Shown here: one piece after another, positions 21,279-31,498 of the stretch
How positions within the stretch are numbered: the first letter of the stretch is position 1
Layout of the letters: the number at the start of each line of letters is the position of its first letter
Source: an uncultured Spirochaetota bacterium
GTDB taxonomy: Bacteria > Spirochaetota > Brevinematia > Brevinematales > JAOACQ01
Reading direction: 5' to 3'
Assembly (NCBI GenBank): GCA_963783575.1
Contig: CAWAOD010000011.1
Coordinates: 64,001-128,000 of the forward strand
Length of the DNA: 64,000 nucleotides
Notes under the pieces: model-generated
Database searches by the model: none
Told to the model about the DNA's origin: nothing
What the model saw: only the letters and a program-made list of their open reading frames with translations
Position numbers and translations under genes: made by a program

Positions 21279-22513
21279 AATTTAATATCCTCCGGGAGCT
21301 GGAACTCACCGGAATAAATGCGCAAGCGCAACCATTCCAGTTGAGCTGAATATATTAGGGAGTCCAGCGTACGGAATGAATCTTCATAAGAACTGTATGC
21401 TGAAAGAACATCGGTAATTTTTACGGCTCCAACCTTGTAATCTTTTTCCATTAGCTGATAATTAGTTTTAAGATATTGAAGGGCTTCCTGAATTGTGTTG
21501 ATCTGGTTAATATCGGACAAAAGAGACGCGTATGAAATACGGATATCACGCTGGATACCGTTATAAAGGTATTGATAAGCGGAATCTGACTGTCTATTCA
21601 ATGATTCAGCCTGCCGGATTCTTGATTGAATGTAAGTACCTGAAAAAAGGCTGTATGTAAGGGATAGCTGAATATTCCAATTCCAGGATATATTGTTTAT
21701 TAACTGGGAATTACCCGCTGATATTGCCAGGTCGGCCCAGGGGTACTGTTCGCTCTTTTCTATATCAATCGCCTTTTTGGTACTGAAGCTTTGAGCTTTT
21801 GCCGCTTTTAAGTCGGGGCGTTCCTCCATGGATTTAAGAAATTGATTAATTTCCGGGAGATTCCCAGGCAGATTTGTTTCTGAAACCAGTGTAGTAAAAT
21901 TTGAAACGCCTGTCAAAAATTGAAATAACTCAAAGACATTTGATAGTTCTCCTTCCATTTGCGCCTGCTGGGAATAGGAAAGTGCCCAGGCAGCCTTAGC
22001 GCTTGACAAATCGCTTGCCCGGCTTCTGCCTATCTTTACCCAGGACTCAATTTCTTTTGTTTGTTCATTATAAAGCCCAACCTGATTCCGGATATGCTCC
22101 AGTTGTTTCCGGATATTTACCAGATTATAAAAAACTATTGCCGAATCCAGGTATAGCTGATCGTAAGCCCAATTCCAGGCCTCTTTCTGCTCCTTAATCA
22201 GCGACTTAGACTGCTCAAGTATTGCAATGCTTTTAAAGCCGCGAAATATAGGCTGCGACAGTGAAAGTTCAAGACCGCCGTTGAGTGGCGCGGACTGGGT
22301 TTGCGAAGAATAGCCGCTTCCGTTTACGGAAAGGGCCGGCATGAAATTCTGTCTAGCCTGCAGGTAAACTTCCTCTGCCTGTTTCAATGACTCACCCTGG
22401 TTAGCAATGACATAACTCTTTTCTACCGCTTTCAGGAAGCAGTCATTCAGGGTCAGGTTAGAATCTGGGGAGGTATTTAATGTCATAGCAAATAACAAAC
22501 TTATTATCGGCAT
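21275..22513 (-). CDS. TolC-family outer membrane efflux protein
   Basis: LSQPIFRG and ERPDLKAA motifs; overlaps the RND start codon. Confidence 0.85.
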   Translation of the reverse strand: MPIISLLFAMTLNTSPDSNLTLNDCFLKAVEKSYVIANQGESLKQAEEVYLQARQNFMPALSVNGSGYSSQTQSAPLNGGLELSLSQPIFRGFKSIAILEQSKSLIKEQKEAWNWAYDQLYLDSAIVFYNLVNIRKQLEHIRNQVGLYNEQTKEIESWVKIGRSRASDLSSAKAAWALSYSQQAQMEGELSNVFELFQFLTGVSNFTTLVSETNLPGNLPEINQFLKSMEERPDLKAAKAQSFSTKKAIDIEKSEQYPWADLAISAGNSQLINNISWNWNIQLSLTYSLFSGTYIQSRIRQAESLNRQSDSAYQYLYNGIQRDIRISYASLLSDINQINTIQEALQYLKTNYQLMEKDYKVGAVKITDVLSAYSSYEDSFRTLDSLIYSAQLEWLRLRIYSGEFQLPEDIKL

Positions 22514-22804
22514 AATGATTTTATTTATTCCTTATACAATTTTCTATAAATCGATATTTACAAAATGATGATTCAGAGAATTACAGAAAAGTTTTTTAGG
22601 ATATTCTCGATATTTGGATTCAAGTATATAATTTTATAAGAAAAAAGTCAAAATAGAAATGAGCTTCTTATATTATAAGCCGCTTAATTATCACAATAAG
22701 AAAATCGAAACTCTTGTTAAAATATCAAAAATTTTAGCATTGACATTTGACTGATAAAATTGTATCTTTTGGTATTATCTTGATAAAGTTAAGGAGGCTT
22801 CATA

Positions 22805-23239
22805 ATGAAAGATAAAAATTCGAATGGTTTTTTATCCGCTGTTCCGTTTGTATTTTTCCTCGCCATCTCGCTTTTAGGCTGCGCGGGTGAAAATAAAAAG
22901 CTGACAAAAGCTGAAATAAGCTCTCTTGTTCCTTCAGGCCAGGTTGAAAACGGAGTACGGATAATAAAGGTCAAGGCTGTTATGTATGAATTCACCCCCA
23001 ATCCTATTGTCGTTAAAAGCGGAGAACAGGTGCAATTAGAGGTTACCAGCCAGGATACGACTCATGGGATCAACATTCCCGCTTATAAGATTGACTGCAG
23101 GCTTGAACCCGGGAAAACCGAAGTAATAACTTTTAAGGCTCAGGAGGAAGGGAGAATTCCTTTCCGCTGCTCTGTTTTTTGCGGGACAGGCCACTTTGGG
23201 ATGCACGGGGATTTAGTTGTTTTACCTGCGGATCAATAA
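22805..23239 (+). CDS. Cupredoxin (CuA-type, COX2-like domain) lipoprotein
   Basis: Lipobox LLGC; H…CSVFCGTGHFGM CuA ligand pattern. Confidence 0.8.
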   Translation: MKDKNSNGFLSAVPFVFFLAISLLGCAGENKKLTKAEISSLVPSGQVENGVRIIKVKAVMYEFTPNPIVVKSGEQVQLEVTSQDTTHGINIPAYKIDCRLEPGKTEVITFKAQEEGRIPFRCSVFCGTGHFGMHGDLVVLPADQ

Positions 23240-23335
23240 TAATAAAACCTATTTTGAAATTTAATGATTTGCTTTGCCAGTCAGGGATCTTGAAGTCTTA
23301 AATTATTCGTTACAAGCCGAGGCGAGCGTGATGAC

Positions 23336-23462
23336 GATCGCCTCGATACAATTTTTGCTGATGCAAAAATCACTCGGCGACCGAAGCATGTTTTATACGA
23401 TTCAATAATAATAAGTTGACTTGTTTTACCATAAGTATTATAATTTCCCAGCACGAGACATA
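23336..23462 (+). repeat. 127-bp direct repeat copy 1 (palindrome plus promoter)
   Basis: Near-identical to 23921-24047; TTGACT(23416)-17-TATAAT(23439). Confidence 0.88.
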
Positions 23463-23582
23463 ATCTTTTAGGTAATTTTCTGCGGTAATGCGTATATATG
23501 GGCGATAGCGAAGGCTGTCGCCTTTTTTTGTGGGAAGACTTCGAAACCGCTTGGTAATTATAAAAAATAAGGAAATATTGCA

Positions 23583-24056
23583 ATGCCCTATATGTATATC
23601 ATTGAATGCTCGGATCAAAGTTATTATACCGGAAGCACATGGCATCTGGAACAACGGATTGAGGAGCATAATGCCGGATTGGGAGCGAATTATACTAGAA
23701 AGCGGCTGCCTGTCAAACTGGTTTATTATGAGGAATACAACCGTATTGATGATGCTTATAAGAGGGAAAAGCAGGTACAAAATTGGGGACATGTAAAGAA
23801 AAAAGCATTGATAGAAGGTAATAAACTTAAATTATCTGAATCAGCAAAAAAGTATTTGAAAAGCCTTCTTCGCTCCCCGAGTGATCGTGATAGCGATTGT
23901 ATCGAGGGGAGTGTCATAGTGATCGCCTCGATACAATTTTTGCTTCGCAAAAATCACTCGGCGACCGAAGCCACTTTTATACAATTCAATAATAATAAGT
24001 TGACTTGTTTGAATATAAGTATTATGATTTTCCCGGCATATGACATACACTTGTAA
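23583..24056 (+). CDS. Small GIY-YIG nuclease (UPF0213-like); C-terminal ~60 aa read through repeat DNA
   Basis: YMYIIECSDQSYYTGST…RIEEHN…GANYT…REKQVQNW…KKALI. Confidence 0.88.
   Translation: MPYMYIIECSDQSYYTGSTWHLEQRIEEHNAGLGANYTRKRLPVKLVYYEEYNRIDDAYKREKQVQNWGHVKKKALIEGNKLKLSESAKKYLKSLLRSPSDRDSDCIEGSVIVIASIQFLLRKNHSATEATFIQFNNNKLTCLNISIMIFPAYDIHL
23921..24047 (+). repeat. 127-bp direct repeat copy 2 (palindrome plus promoter)
   Basis: Near-identical to 23336-23462; TTGACT(24000)-17-TATGAT(24023). Confidence 0.88.
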
Positions 24057-24095
24057 TACTGTTTACTGTGGTTATACCTATATTATTAAATAAAA

Positions 24096-26295
24096 TTGGA
24101 TATAAATATGCAAAAGCTTTCGAAAATTAACAAAAACAAAAAAAAGAAAAAATATACGTTTGTTAAAGATATAAAGTCTTGGATTATTAGTTTATTTACT
24201 GAAAATAAAATTAAAACTATTTTTGCAAATATAATTTTCTTTATAATAATACTTTGCATAATTATTATAACTCTTAATAATATAAAAAAAGATTTATTAC
24301 TATTTGAGAGATTTGAAATAGTTGATAGTTTGGAAAAAAAGGGATAACTCAAAAGTTTTAACCCGGAAAATATTTGACAAACTTATCGAATTAAATGAAA
24401 CTGCTAAGTTTTATACTAATTCAATGTTTTTTAATGTTTTCCAGGTAAACAATCATAATAACAAATTAACAAAATCTTTTGATATAAATGACCAAAAATT
24501 TCAAATGAATCCATCTGATTTATCAATAAATTATGGTTTACCAGAGTTTTCATTATCTATTAATGATTTGTATAGTCTAATTAGTGATATTTTAGGACTC
24601 TATAAAATTAAAATTGGTGGAGAAATTGTAGAAAATAATAAATCCTATGAATTAAAATTAAGAATATCTACAAAAAAAAGAATTTATGAAGAAATAATTT
24701 TTCGAGATAATATTGAAGAACTGATATCAAATGCGGCAGAAAAAATTTATAATTATAGTTATCCTTATGATTATGCTCTATATTTATTTCATAAAACACC
24801 ACCTGATACTAATATTCAGGAAATAATTGAATTTTCTAATACTATCCAAAATGGTATTCAATATGAGGACAAACCATACAAAATTTATAATTTATTAGGT
24901 TGTATAAAAATTTTTTATGCTACAAAAAAATATTTAACCAATGATTATGATTTATTTAAACAAAAAATTCTGGAATCTATAGAAGATTTTAAAAAGTCTT
25001 ATAATCTAAATAATAATAATTATGATAATTTAATGAATCTCGGCCTGATATATTATTTTTACTTACATGATAATAAAAATGGAACCTACTATTTTAATAA
25101 AGCAATAAAAATTAAACAGGATTTATTTACTTTATTTTACTGGGGCTCATCATATTTAATGCAAACAGACAATATAAAACCAGTAATTAAAAAAGCTGAA
25201 AAATTAGCCAATAAAGATAAATCTATTAATCTTTATTTAGGTTTGCTTTATCTTTATGAAAATCAATATTATAAATCAATTCAATCTTTTTCAAATTTAT
25301 TAATAGATAATCCCTCAAATGATAATGGATACAATGGCATTGGAATGAACTATATGGTTCAAACAAATTATAAAGAGTCCAGAAATTATTTTTATAAAGC
25401 TTTGAAACTTAGCCCTTCAAATCAAAACACGTTAAATAATATTTCTTTATCTTATTTATGTGAAACAAATATCAAAGCCGCAAGCTCAAATTATTTATTG
25501 ATGCTTAAATATGATTCAAACTCATTTTTAGCTTATTATGGACTTGGCTATGTAAAATATAAAGAGAAAAATTATTATTCCAGTTTAACATACTTGGAAA
25601 AAGCATTATTCATATCTCCTTTCAGTGAACAAGTTTATTACTCTATGGGAAGTAATTATAAAGAATTACAAAATACTAATAAGGCAATAGGATACTATAA
25701 AAAAGCATTAAAAATTAATCCTTTTTTATTAGAAGCTTATAGTAATCTAAATATGATATATGAAAATAATAAAGATGATTCAAATTTAATTCTTTTAAGA
25801 GAAAACTTTTTAAGTAATAATTTTGATATTTCCATAGCTAATAAATTGATTATCCAGTATTATAATTTAAAAAATTATGATGATGCTATCTTATACTCAA
25901 AAAAAATTATCGAAAAAGATCCTACTAATGAACTTGCGTATCTTAATTTAACTATTAATTATGATGGTAAGAATGATCTTACTAATGCATTGTTATCTAT
26001 AAATAAACTAATATTAATGAACAACACAACTAACAATAATTCTCTTTTTAATCATTCTGTCAAAGGACGCATACTATCAAAAATGGAAAAACATAAAGAA
26101 GCAATAAAAGAATTGGATTTCGTTACTATAAATGATACAAATGATATTTTAAGTCTGTTTATACAAGCAGAAGAAGCATTCATATATTTAAGTAATAAAA
26201 ACTTAGTTTATAAATATACAGATAAAATATTAAAAATGTCACCAACAAATAAAAAAGCATTATTATTAAGAAAAGAAGCTGAAAAGTTTAAATAA
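24096..26295 (+). CDS. Membrane-anchored TPR-repeat protein, probably one gene with a frameshift near 24345
   Basis: ORF 24096-24347 carries a TM segment and overlaps ORF 24322-26295, which has many TPR motifs (AYYGLG…ALFISP); very AT-rich. Confidence 0.7.
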
Positions 26296-26835
26296 ATGAA
26301 CAATGATAATAATCAACTAATTAAGGTAAATGGTAAAAAGATGTACCTAAAATGGTTATTCTTTTTGTTAAGTTTAATAATACTCTGCATCATTGCTTTT
26401 ATACTATGTCATGAAAAAGGATTTGCAATATCAGGTTTATTAATTGGTTTTTTTGGTTTTGGAGCTACTATTTATACGCTTCAAAAAGGAAATATTATTC
26501 GAGAATCTGAATTTATTGAAAGACTTTGCGGTGTCTTTGAAAGACCTAATATCAGCAAGCTCTATTATAAAATTGAATATAACCATCTTGACCCTATTTT
26601 AGATGAATCCGAGGATGAAAAAGATTTAGATGAATTGATTAGTTTTTTTGATAGTATGGAGTATTATCACAGGAAAAAAATAATCTCTGATGATGAAGTG
26701 GAATTTGTCGCTGTTGAATTGTTGACAGTTTATGAGAATAAAGTTGTTCGTCAATATATAAAGAAAGTTCAAAAATATTTTAAAAAATATCAACATGAAA
26801 ATTATCCCATCAACTGGTTTTCAAGATTTAGCTGA
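26296..26835 (+). CDS. Hypothetical membrane protein (DUF4760-like); C-terminus possibly frameshifted
   Basis: Two N-terminal TMs, LISFFDSME; an alternative frame GFQDLAEKL runs to about 26882. Confidence 0.5.
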   Translation: MNNDNNQLIKVNGKKMYLKWLFFLLSLIILCIIAFILCHEKGFAISGLLIGFFGFGATIYTLQKGNIIRESEFIERLCGVFERPNISKLYYKIEYNHLDPILDESEDEKDLDELISFFDSMEYYHRKKIISDDEVEFVAVELLTVYENKVVRQYIKKVQKYFKKYQHENYPINWFSRFS

Positions 26836-27135
26836 AAAACTAATAAAAAAACCAAAATTCAATATTTATAAAAAGAAATAATAACCTTTAACTCTTTACT
26901 CTCAAAACCATCTGCTATGTCATTTTTCCACAACATCACTCACTTCAATTTTCTTACTCAATCCATCCCCCTTTCATTATATATTATTAACCGGCACAAA
27001 AAGTTCAGAATTTTGCCGACAGAGGCTCAAATGATTTTTAGTTCCGTTAACTGGCCGGCAATGGTGTCTGCCTGGTTCTGAATATTGCCGTCGATTCAAT
27101 CTGGTACTGGCCAAATATTTTTTTCCGTCCCCGTC

Positions 27136-27669
27136 CCCCGGAGTATGAACGCCATCCCTGTGCGACATCGCTGCCGAACTAGCGTTCGGCTACTTTTAAC
27201 TATTGGAAGAATGTTATGGAGCATCCTGCTCCAATTGATTATTTGATTTGTTGGTTTATACCAGTGATTCTCTTTCCTGTAGCTTTTTCCAATAATCTTT
27301 AGCATAATAAAATAAGCTTGCTTAAACGCACCCCGCAGCATTAGCACCATTTCTGATTGAGCCTTAGTATGGTTAAAAGAGAATTCGGATTAATAACTGT
27401 TGTTATTCATGTCAAATAAAATAATAAATGTATAACTTATCTCACGGCAGGGATGCCGTGACCGACGCATAAAGCCAGGGACGGCGACATAAGGAGGCTA
27501 TTATAATAAGATTTCTTTAATTCAAAAACTTGAATAACAACACCTCGGAATGATCAGATTGCTTCACAAGAAATGGCGCTAATGTGAAGGGGCGATTTTT
27601 CTTTTCGATTCCTTTTCTTTTGATCGTTCAAAAGAAAAGGAATAAAGCCTATTACCGCGGCTTTGCGGT
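27136..27669 (+). repeat. Family A palindromic elements (partial copy 27136-27232; full copy 27331-27592 plus hairpins)
   Basis: TIR-like CCCCGCAGCATTAGCACCATTTCT (27331-27354) / AGAAATGGCGCTAATGTGAAGGGG (27569-27592); inner IR TGTTGTTATTCA/TGAATAACAACA. Confidence 0.75.
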
Positions 27670-27757
27670 TCTTTATTTTAGGATAAAATCCCTATTGTTA
27701 TTTATGGATAAATATTATAAAATATAGTGTTAAGTTAATCGTGTTCAGAGGATTTTT

Positions 27758-28102
27758 ATGAATTATACCAGAAAAAGCCTTGCAAATAAGTTGAATATCG
27801 GGATAGAAACATTGCGGTATTATGAAAAAATGGAATTAATACCGGCCCCTCAAAGAGCGGCTAATGGCTACCGGATTTATACCGAGGATGATGCTTCTAA
27901 AATCAATCATCTTTTAGCGGCAAAAAAATATGGATTTTCATTAAAAGAAATTAAGGCAATGATAGATAAGGCGGAAAATTCCGAATTGCAAAATGAAGAT
28001 TTTGAGCTTTTATTCCGCAACAAAATCAATGATATAGATAGTCAGATCAGCGAATTGAACAATCTCAAAAAACTTCTTCTGAATTTTATTCAACCCAAAT
28101 GA
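27758..28102 (+). CDS. MerR-family transcriptional regulator
   Basis: ETLRYYE…NGYRIY…GFSLKEI. Confidence 0.92.
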   Translation: MNYTRKSLANKLNIGIETLRYYEKMELIPAPQRAANGYRIYTEDDASKINHLLAAKKYGFSLKEIKAMIDKAENSELQNEDFELLFRNKINDIDSQISELNNLKKLLLNFIQPK

Positions 28103-28298
28103 GTAATAAGATTTTTTACTAAACTATGCGATTCTTTATACTTTTTTTATGAAGAGGTCATCTCGGTAGTGCTGTAAAGCAAGTAGCGGTGAACTCGATG
28201 ACCGTTCCCCGAGTCCACTGCTTCTTCATTTTACAGCACTACGAGGGGAACATTTTAAGATCTGTTCAATTTAATTAACCATTCTTTTAAAAAAAAGC

Positions 28299-28330
28299 TT
28301 GACACTGTTCTATACTACAGGGTGTATAAT
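28299..28330 (+). promoter_or_regulatory. MerR-type long-spacer promoter
   Basis: TTGACA-20 bp-TATAAT with the dyad ACACTGT…ACAGGGTGT spanning the spacer. Confidence 0.8.
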
Positions 28331-28349
28331 GAATATCGGAGGATATTTT

Positions 28350-29264
28350 ATGATCAATAACAACGGACAAAACAATCCGGACGGTTCATTACCCGTTTAT
28401 ACCCTCACAGGCGCGGGCGGCCATCTCGGCGGGCTGGTTCTTAATTATTTGCTGGATCAGGTTCCGGCTAAACAAATTATCGCGGCAACACGGTGCCCTG
28501 AGCTATTGGCCGATTTTACGGCTCAAGGTGTTGCCGTACGAAGGGCGGATTTTAACGATCCGTCATCATTGCCGGAAGCGTTTTCAGGCGCGGCAAGACT
28601 GCTTATTATCAGCACAAATGAATATCCTATGGAAAAACGCTCCGCTCAGGATAGGGCGGCGATATCAGCTGCTGTCAAAGCCGGGATAAGGCATATCACG
28701 ATTACTTCTTTTTCCCTGTCGAAGGCGGCGGATGAAGATGATGAAAATCCCTGGCTGCGGGGCCGCCGGCAAACCATGGAAACGCTTGCGGGGTCCGGCG
28801 CGGAATGGACTGTGCTTAATATGAATATCTGGATGGCCGGAGTACCGTACTTTCTTAACGCTTTGCGCATTGGAGAACAGGTACTTGTTCAGGAAGGTTC
28901 GGGCAAACCTTGCTGGATTACTCATGAAGATTATGCCAGTACGGCGGTATCCGTACTGACCGGTAAGGCTTTGTTCAGCGGCGCTGTGGATGTAACCGGC
29001 CCGGAATCTCTCGGTATTGACGATATAGCCCGCCGCTGGTCAGACCTTCATAGCCGCAAGCTTGAGGTTCAAATCCTGCCCGGCAGGGAAGTGATTGAAA
29101 GATTGGCTTCGAACGGTATGCTTTTGGAATCGGCGCATGGAATTGCTAGTTACTGCGAAATGTTTCGGTTATTTGACGTGAGGGTTTCAGATACTGTGGA
29201 GCGTGCGACTGGAACTCCCCCGTCCACGGTGGACAGGCTGCTTCAAGCACTTAGCATTGATTGA
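28350..29264 (+). CDS. NmrA/QOR2-like NAD(P)-binding SDR oxidoreductase
   Basis: TGAGGHLG, RRADFNDP, TGPESL; GGAGG RBS before ATG 28350. Confidence 0.85.
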   Translation: MINNNGQNNPDGSLPVYTLTGAGGHLGGLVLNYLLDQVPAKQIIAATRCPELLADFTAQGVAVRRADFNDPSSLPEAFSGAARLLIISTNEYPMEKRSAQDRAAISAAVKAGIRHITITSFSLSKAADEDDENPWLRGRRQTMETLAGSGAEWTVLNMNIWMAGVPYFLNALRIGEQVLVQEGSGKPCWITHEDYASTAVSVLTGKALFSGAVDVTGPESLGIDDIARRWSDLHSRKLEVQILPGREVIERLASNGMLLESAHGIASYCEMFRLFDVRVSDTVERATGTPPSTVDRLLQALSID

Positions 29265-29295
29265 GATTTATTGATAAATATCCGGAGGATTAAAA

Positions 29296-30150
29296 ATGTT
29301 TTACTTGAGGTATATTGTTATAGTAATTCTATTCATGGCGCTTTCAGTTGGGGTGGTTTTTACTATGGGTAGTAAGCAGCTTGTGCCTATGAAAACTTAT
29401 TCAGTAATAGGCATCCCCGATGGAGAGTTTCTTCATTACGGTATTTATATCGGTGATGAAAAAAGTTCTGATCTTTATATGGTTGCGAAAAAGGTTACGG
29501 ATGGAAACGGAAAGTTGTTTTACCTTGTTTATTCCGATGAGATTACAGTTTCGGGCGAAAAAAAGCTGCCGGAAAATTACTCAAATTGGCCGTCATTTTA
29601 TCTGGTAGACCCAGCCCGGGGTTCATTAATCGAAGCGAAAGTCAGCTACAGCACCAATGATTTTCAGGGTAATTCCCCGGACGATCTTAAGGGCATGATA
29701 TACTCTCACTATCAATTGTACCTGAACGAGGGCTATGTGGAATACAGGTCAAAAAAGGTTAAGGATAATAAAACAAATGAATATAAAAACAGGGTGAGGA
29801 TAAATCCTGATTTTCCTTCCTGGGACGGGAATTCGGCGGGTTATTTATCCATGCGGTTTATGGATGTAAGCAGCCCGGGAATTATGTATATAATCAGCCC
29901 GGGAGGCTTGAAAGATCCCATTCCTTTTACTTACAGGTATGTAGCAAAGGAAACTATGTTAACAAAAGTTGGAAAATTCCGTGTTAACAGGGCAAAAACC
30001 GTTCTGGGCGATCCTTTCCTCGGTAAGCTTATGGAACCTATATTGAAGAAAGCCGATTTATGGTTTGAGGATTCGGACAGGAGGCTTTTAGTAAAAGTCG
30101 ACGGCTTTGGACAGGTGCTGGTACTTGAGGAGATTTCTAATGTTAAATAA
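29296..30150 (+). CDS. Hypothetical exported protein
   Basis: GGAGG RBS, N-terminal hydrophobic segment, 284-aa ORF. Confidence 0.65.
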   Translation: MFYLRYIVIVILFMALSVGVVFTMGSKQLVPMKTYSVIGIPDGEFLHYGIYIGDEKSSDLYMVAKKVTDGNGKLFYLVYSDEITVSGEKKLPENYSNWPSFYLVDPARGSLIEAKVSYSTNDFQGNSPDDLKGMIYSHYQLYLNEGYVEYRSKKVKDNKTNEYKNRVRINPDFPSWDGNSAGYLSMRFMDVSSPGIMYIISPGGLKDPIPFTYRYVAKETMLTKVGKFRVNRAKTVLGDPFLGKLMEPILKKADLWFEDSDRRLLVKVDGFGQVLVLEEISNVK

Positions 30151-30181
30151 AAAAGGAAAGTTTCGAGTGGAGTCTTATGTA

Positions 30182-31465
30182 TTAGCTCTCTTCCTGCATC
30201 TCGGGGAAAACCCTTTCAAGCGCGTCTTTTATCGATATTATTCCTTTGATCGAGCCCGATTTATCGACGACCGGAACTACGGTGAAATCGTATTTGAAAA
30301 AGATCTGGGCTACTCTCCTTACTTTTTCATGGATGTTGACTTTAACTATATTTTCTCTCATTATATCTGATATAACGGTTTCTGGCGCTGATGTCAAAAG
30401 GTCCCGTAAAGTTACGACGCCGGTTGGAATATCTTCGTCATCGACGGCATAGATATAATAGATCGATTCAACCTTACTGCATTCGGTTTTAATCAGATTG
30501 AGGGCTTCCTCAACCGGCTTGTGCTGGTTGATTGTTATGAACTCTGTGTTCATAAGGCTCCCTGCACCTCCTCCCGATTGGGCTAGAAGTTCCTCAATCT
30601 CAACAACTTTATCGAGCGGAATGAGCTGGAACAATTCCTCAAGTTTTTCATGCGGGATCTTGTCGAGAAGGTCGACAACTTCATCCATCTGCATCTCGTC
30701 AATGATTTTTACGATCCTTTCAAGGTCAAGATCTTCAAAAATCTGCACGCGCATTGAAAGCGGAAGTTCCTGGAGTGTTTTTGCCGCAGTAGGGTAGTCG
30801 AGCGACTGAAATAGCAAAAGCCTTTCATCATAGCCAAGGTCTTCAAGGATATCGGCAAGGTCGGCGGGATGTATTTCGGATAATCCCGAAGATGATATTT
30901 TCAAAGACAGCGATCCATGAACATTTGTAGTACTTACAGGTTGAGCATACTTCCAGGGTATGAAATTATCCCTTATTTCCCTTGACATAAGCCATTTGCA
31001 GATACCATTGAAGAATTTTAGCCATCCGAGCCTTCTTAATAGGCCCTTTACTCCGACATCAATATGGATCAGCCAGAGGTTATCATTTTCGAGAAAAAAA
31101 TGAAGATCGTTTACCCGAACTACTTTTAAACCTGATATGTCAACAATCTGTTTGTCAAAAAAGGTTTCTTTTATCATAATCTCGTTTTCGGACAAATTTT
31201 CGGGAATGCCTGATTCAAGCAATGTGTTTCTAAGGTAAATAGTACTGTTTTCGGGGCTGATCTTTTTAATGTTTCTCCAGGGGATATACATCTTTTTTCC
31301 CTGTTCATCATTTTTGCTGACCAATAAACCGGATACTTTCGGGTAAGCCTGCTGAAGGCTGGCAGAAACATCCGATACCCTGCCGATTTTTCTTCCGGTA
31401 TCGTCGTCTTTGACACTGAACCTGATCAAATATGAGAGATAAAGAGATTTCTTGTCGTAATCCAT
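30182..31465 (-). CDS. MgtE N-terminal/CBS domain protein (PRC-like + MgtE_N + 2 CBS, no TM region)
   Basis: DKQIVDISG…VRVNDL, HPADLADILE, AGSLMNTEF, GVVTLRDL. Confidence 0.85.
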   Translation of the reverse strand: MDYDKKSLYLSYLIRFSVKDDDTGRKIGRVSDVSASLQQAYPKVSGLLVSKNDEQGKKMYIPWRNIKKISPENSTIYLRNTLLESGIPENLSENEIMIKETFFDKQIVDISGLKVVRVNDLHFFLENDNLWLIHIDVGVKGLLRRLGWLKFFNGICKWLMSREIRDNFIPWKYAQPVSTTNVHGSLSLKISSSGLSEIHPADLADILEDLGYDERLLLFQSLDYPTAAKTLQELPLSMRVQIFEDLDLERIVKIIDEMQMDEVVDLLDKIPHEKLEELFQLIPLDKVVEIEELLAQSGGGAGSLMNTEFITINQHKPVEEALNLIKTECSKVESIYYIYAVDDEDIPTGVVTLRDLLTSAPETVISDIMRENIVKVNIHEKVRRVAQIFFKYDFTVVPVVDKSGSIKGIISIKDALERVFPEMQEES

Positions 31466-31498
31466 AAATTTTCCTTGAGTATGAAGGCGTAAACAGTA

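Noticed and set aside
23336..24047. Integron attC cassette
   Set aside because: No integron integrase in the window and no clear RYYYAAC/GTTRRRY box pair bounding the repeats.
23281..24050. Short ORFs overlapping the GIY-YIG locus on both strands
   Set aside because: They are translations of the direct repeats or antisense shadows.
26977..27350. ORFs of 63 and 84 aa
   Set aside because: No recognisable motif; they overlap family A repeat sequence.
30182..31465. MgtE lacking its TM domain as a truncation
   Set aside because: PRC-MgtE_N-CBS soluble proteins are a common stand-alone family.
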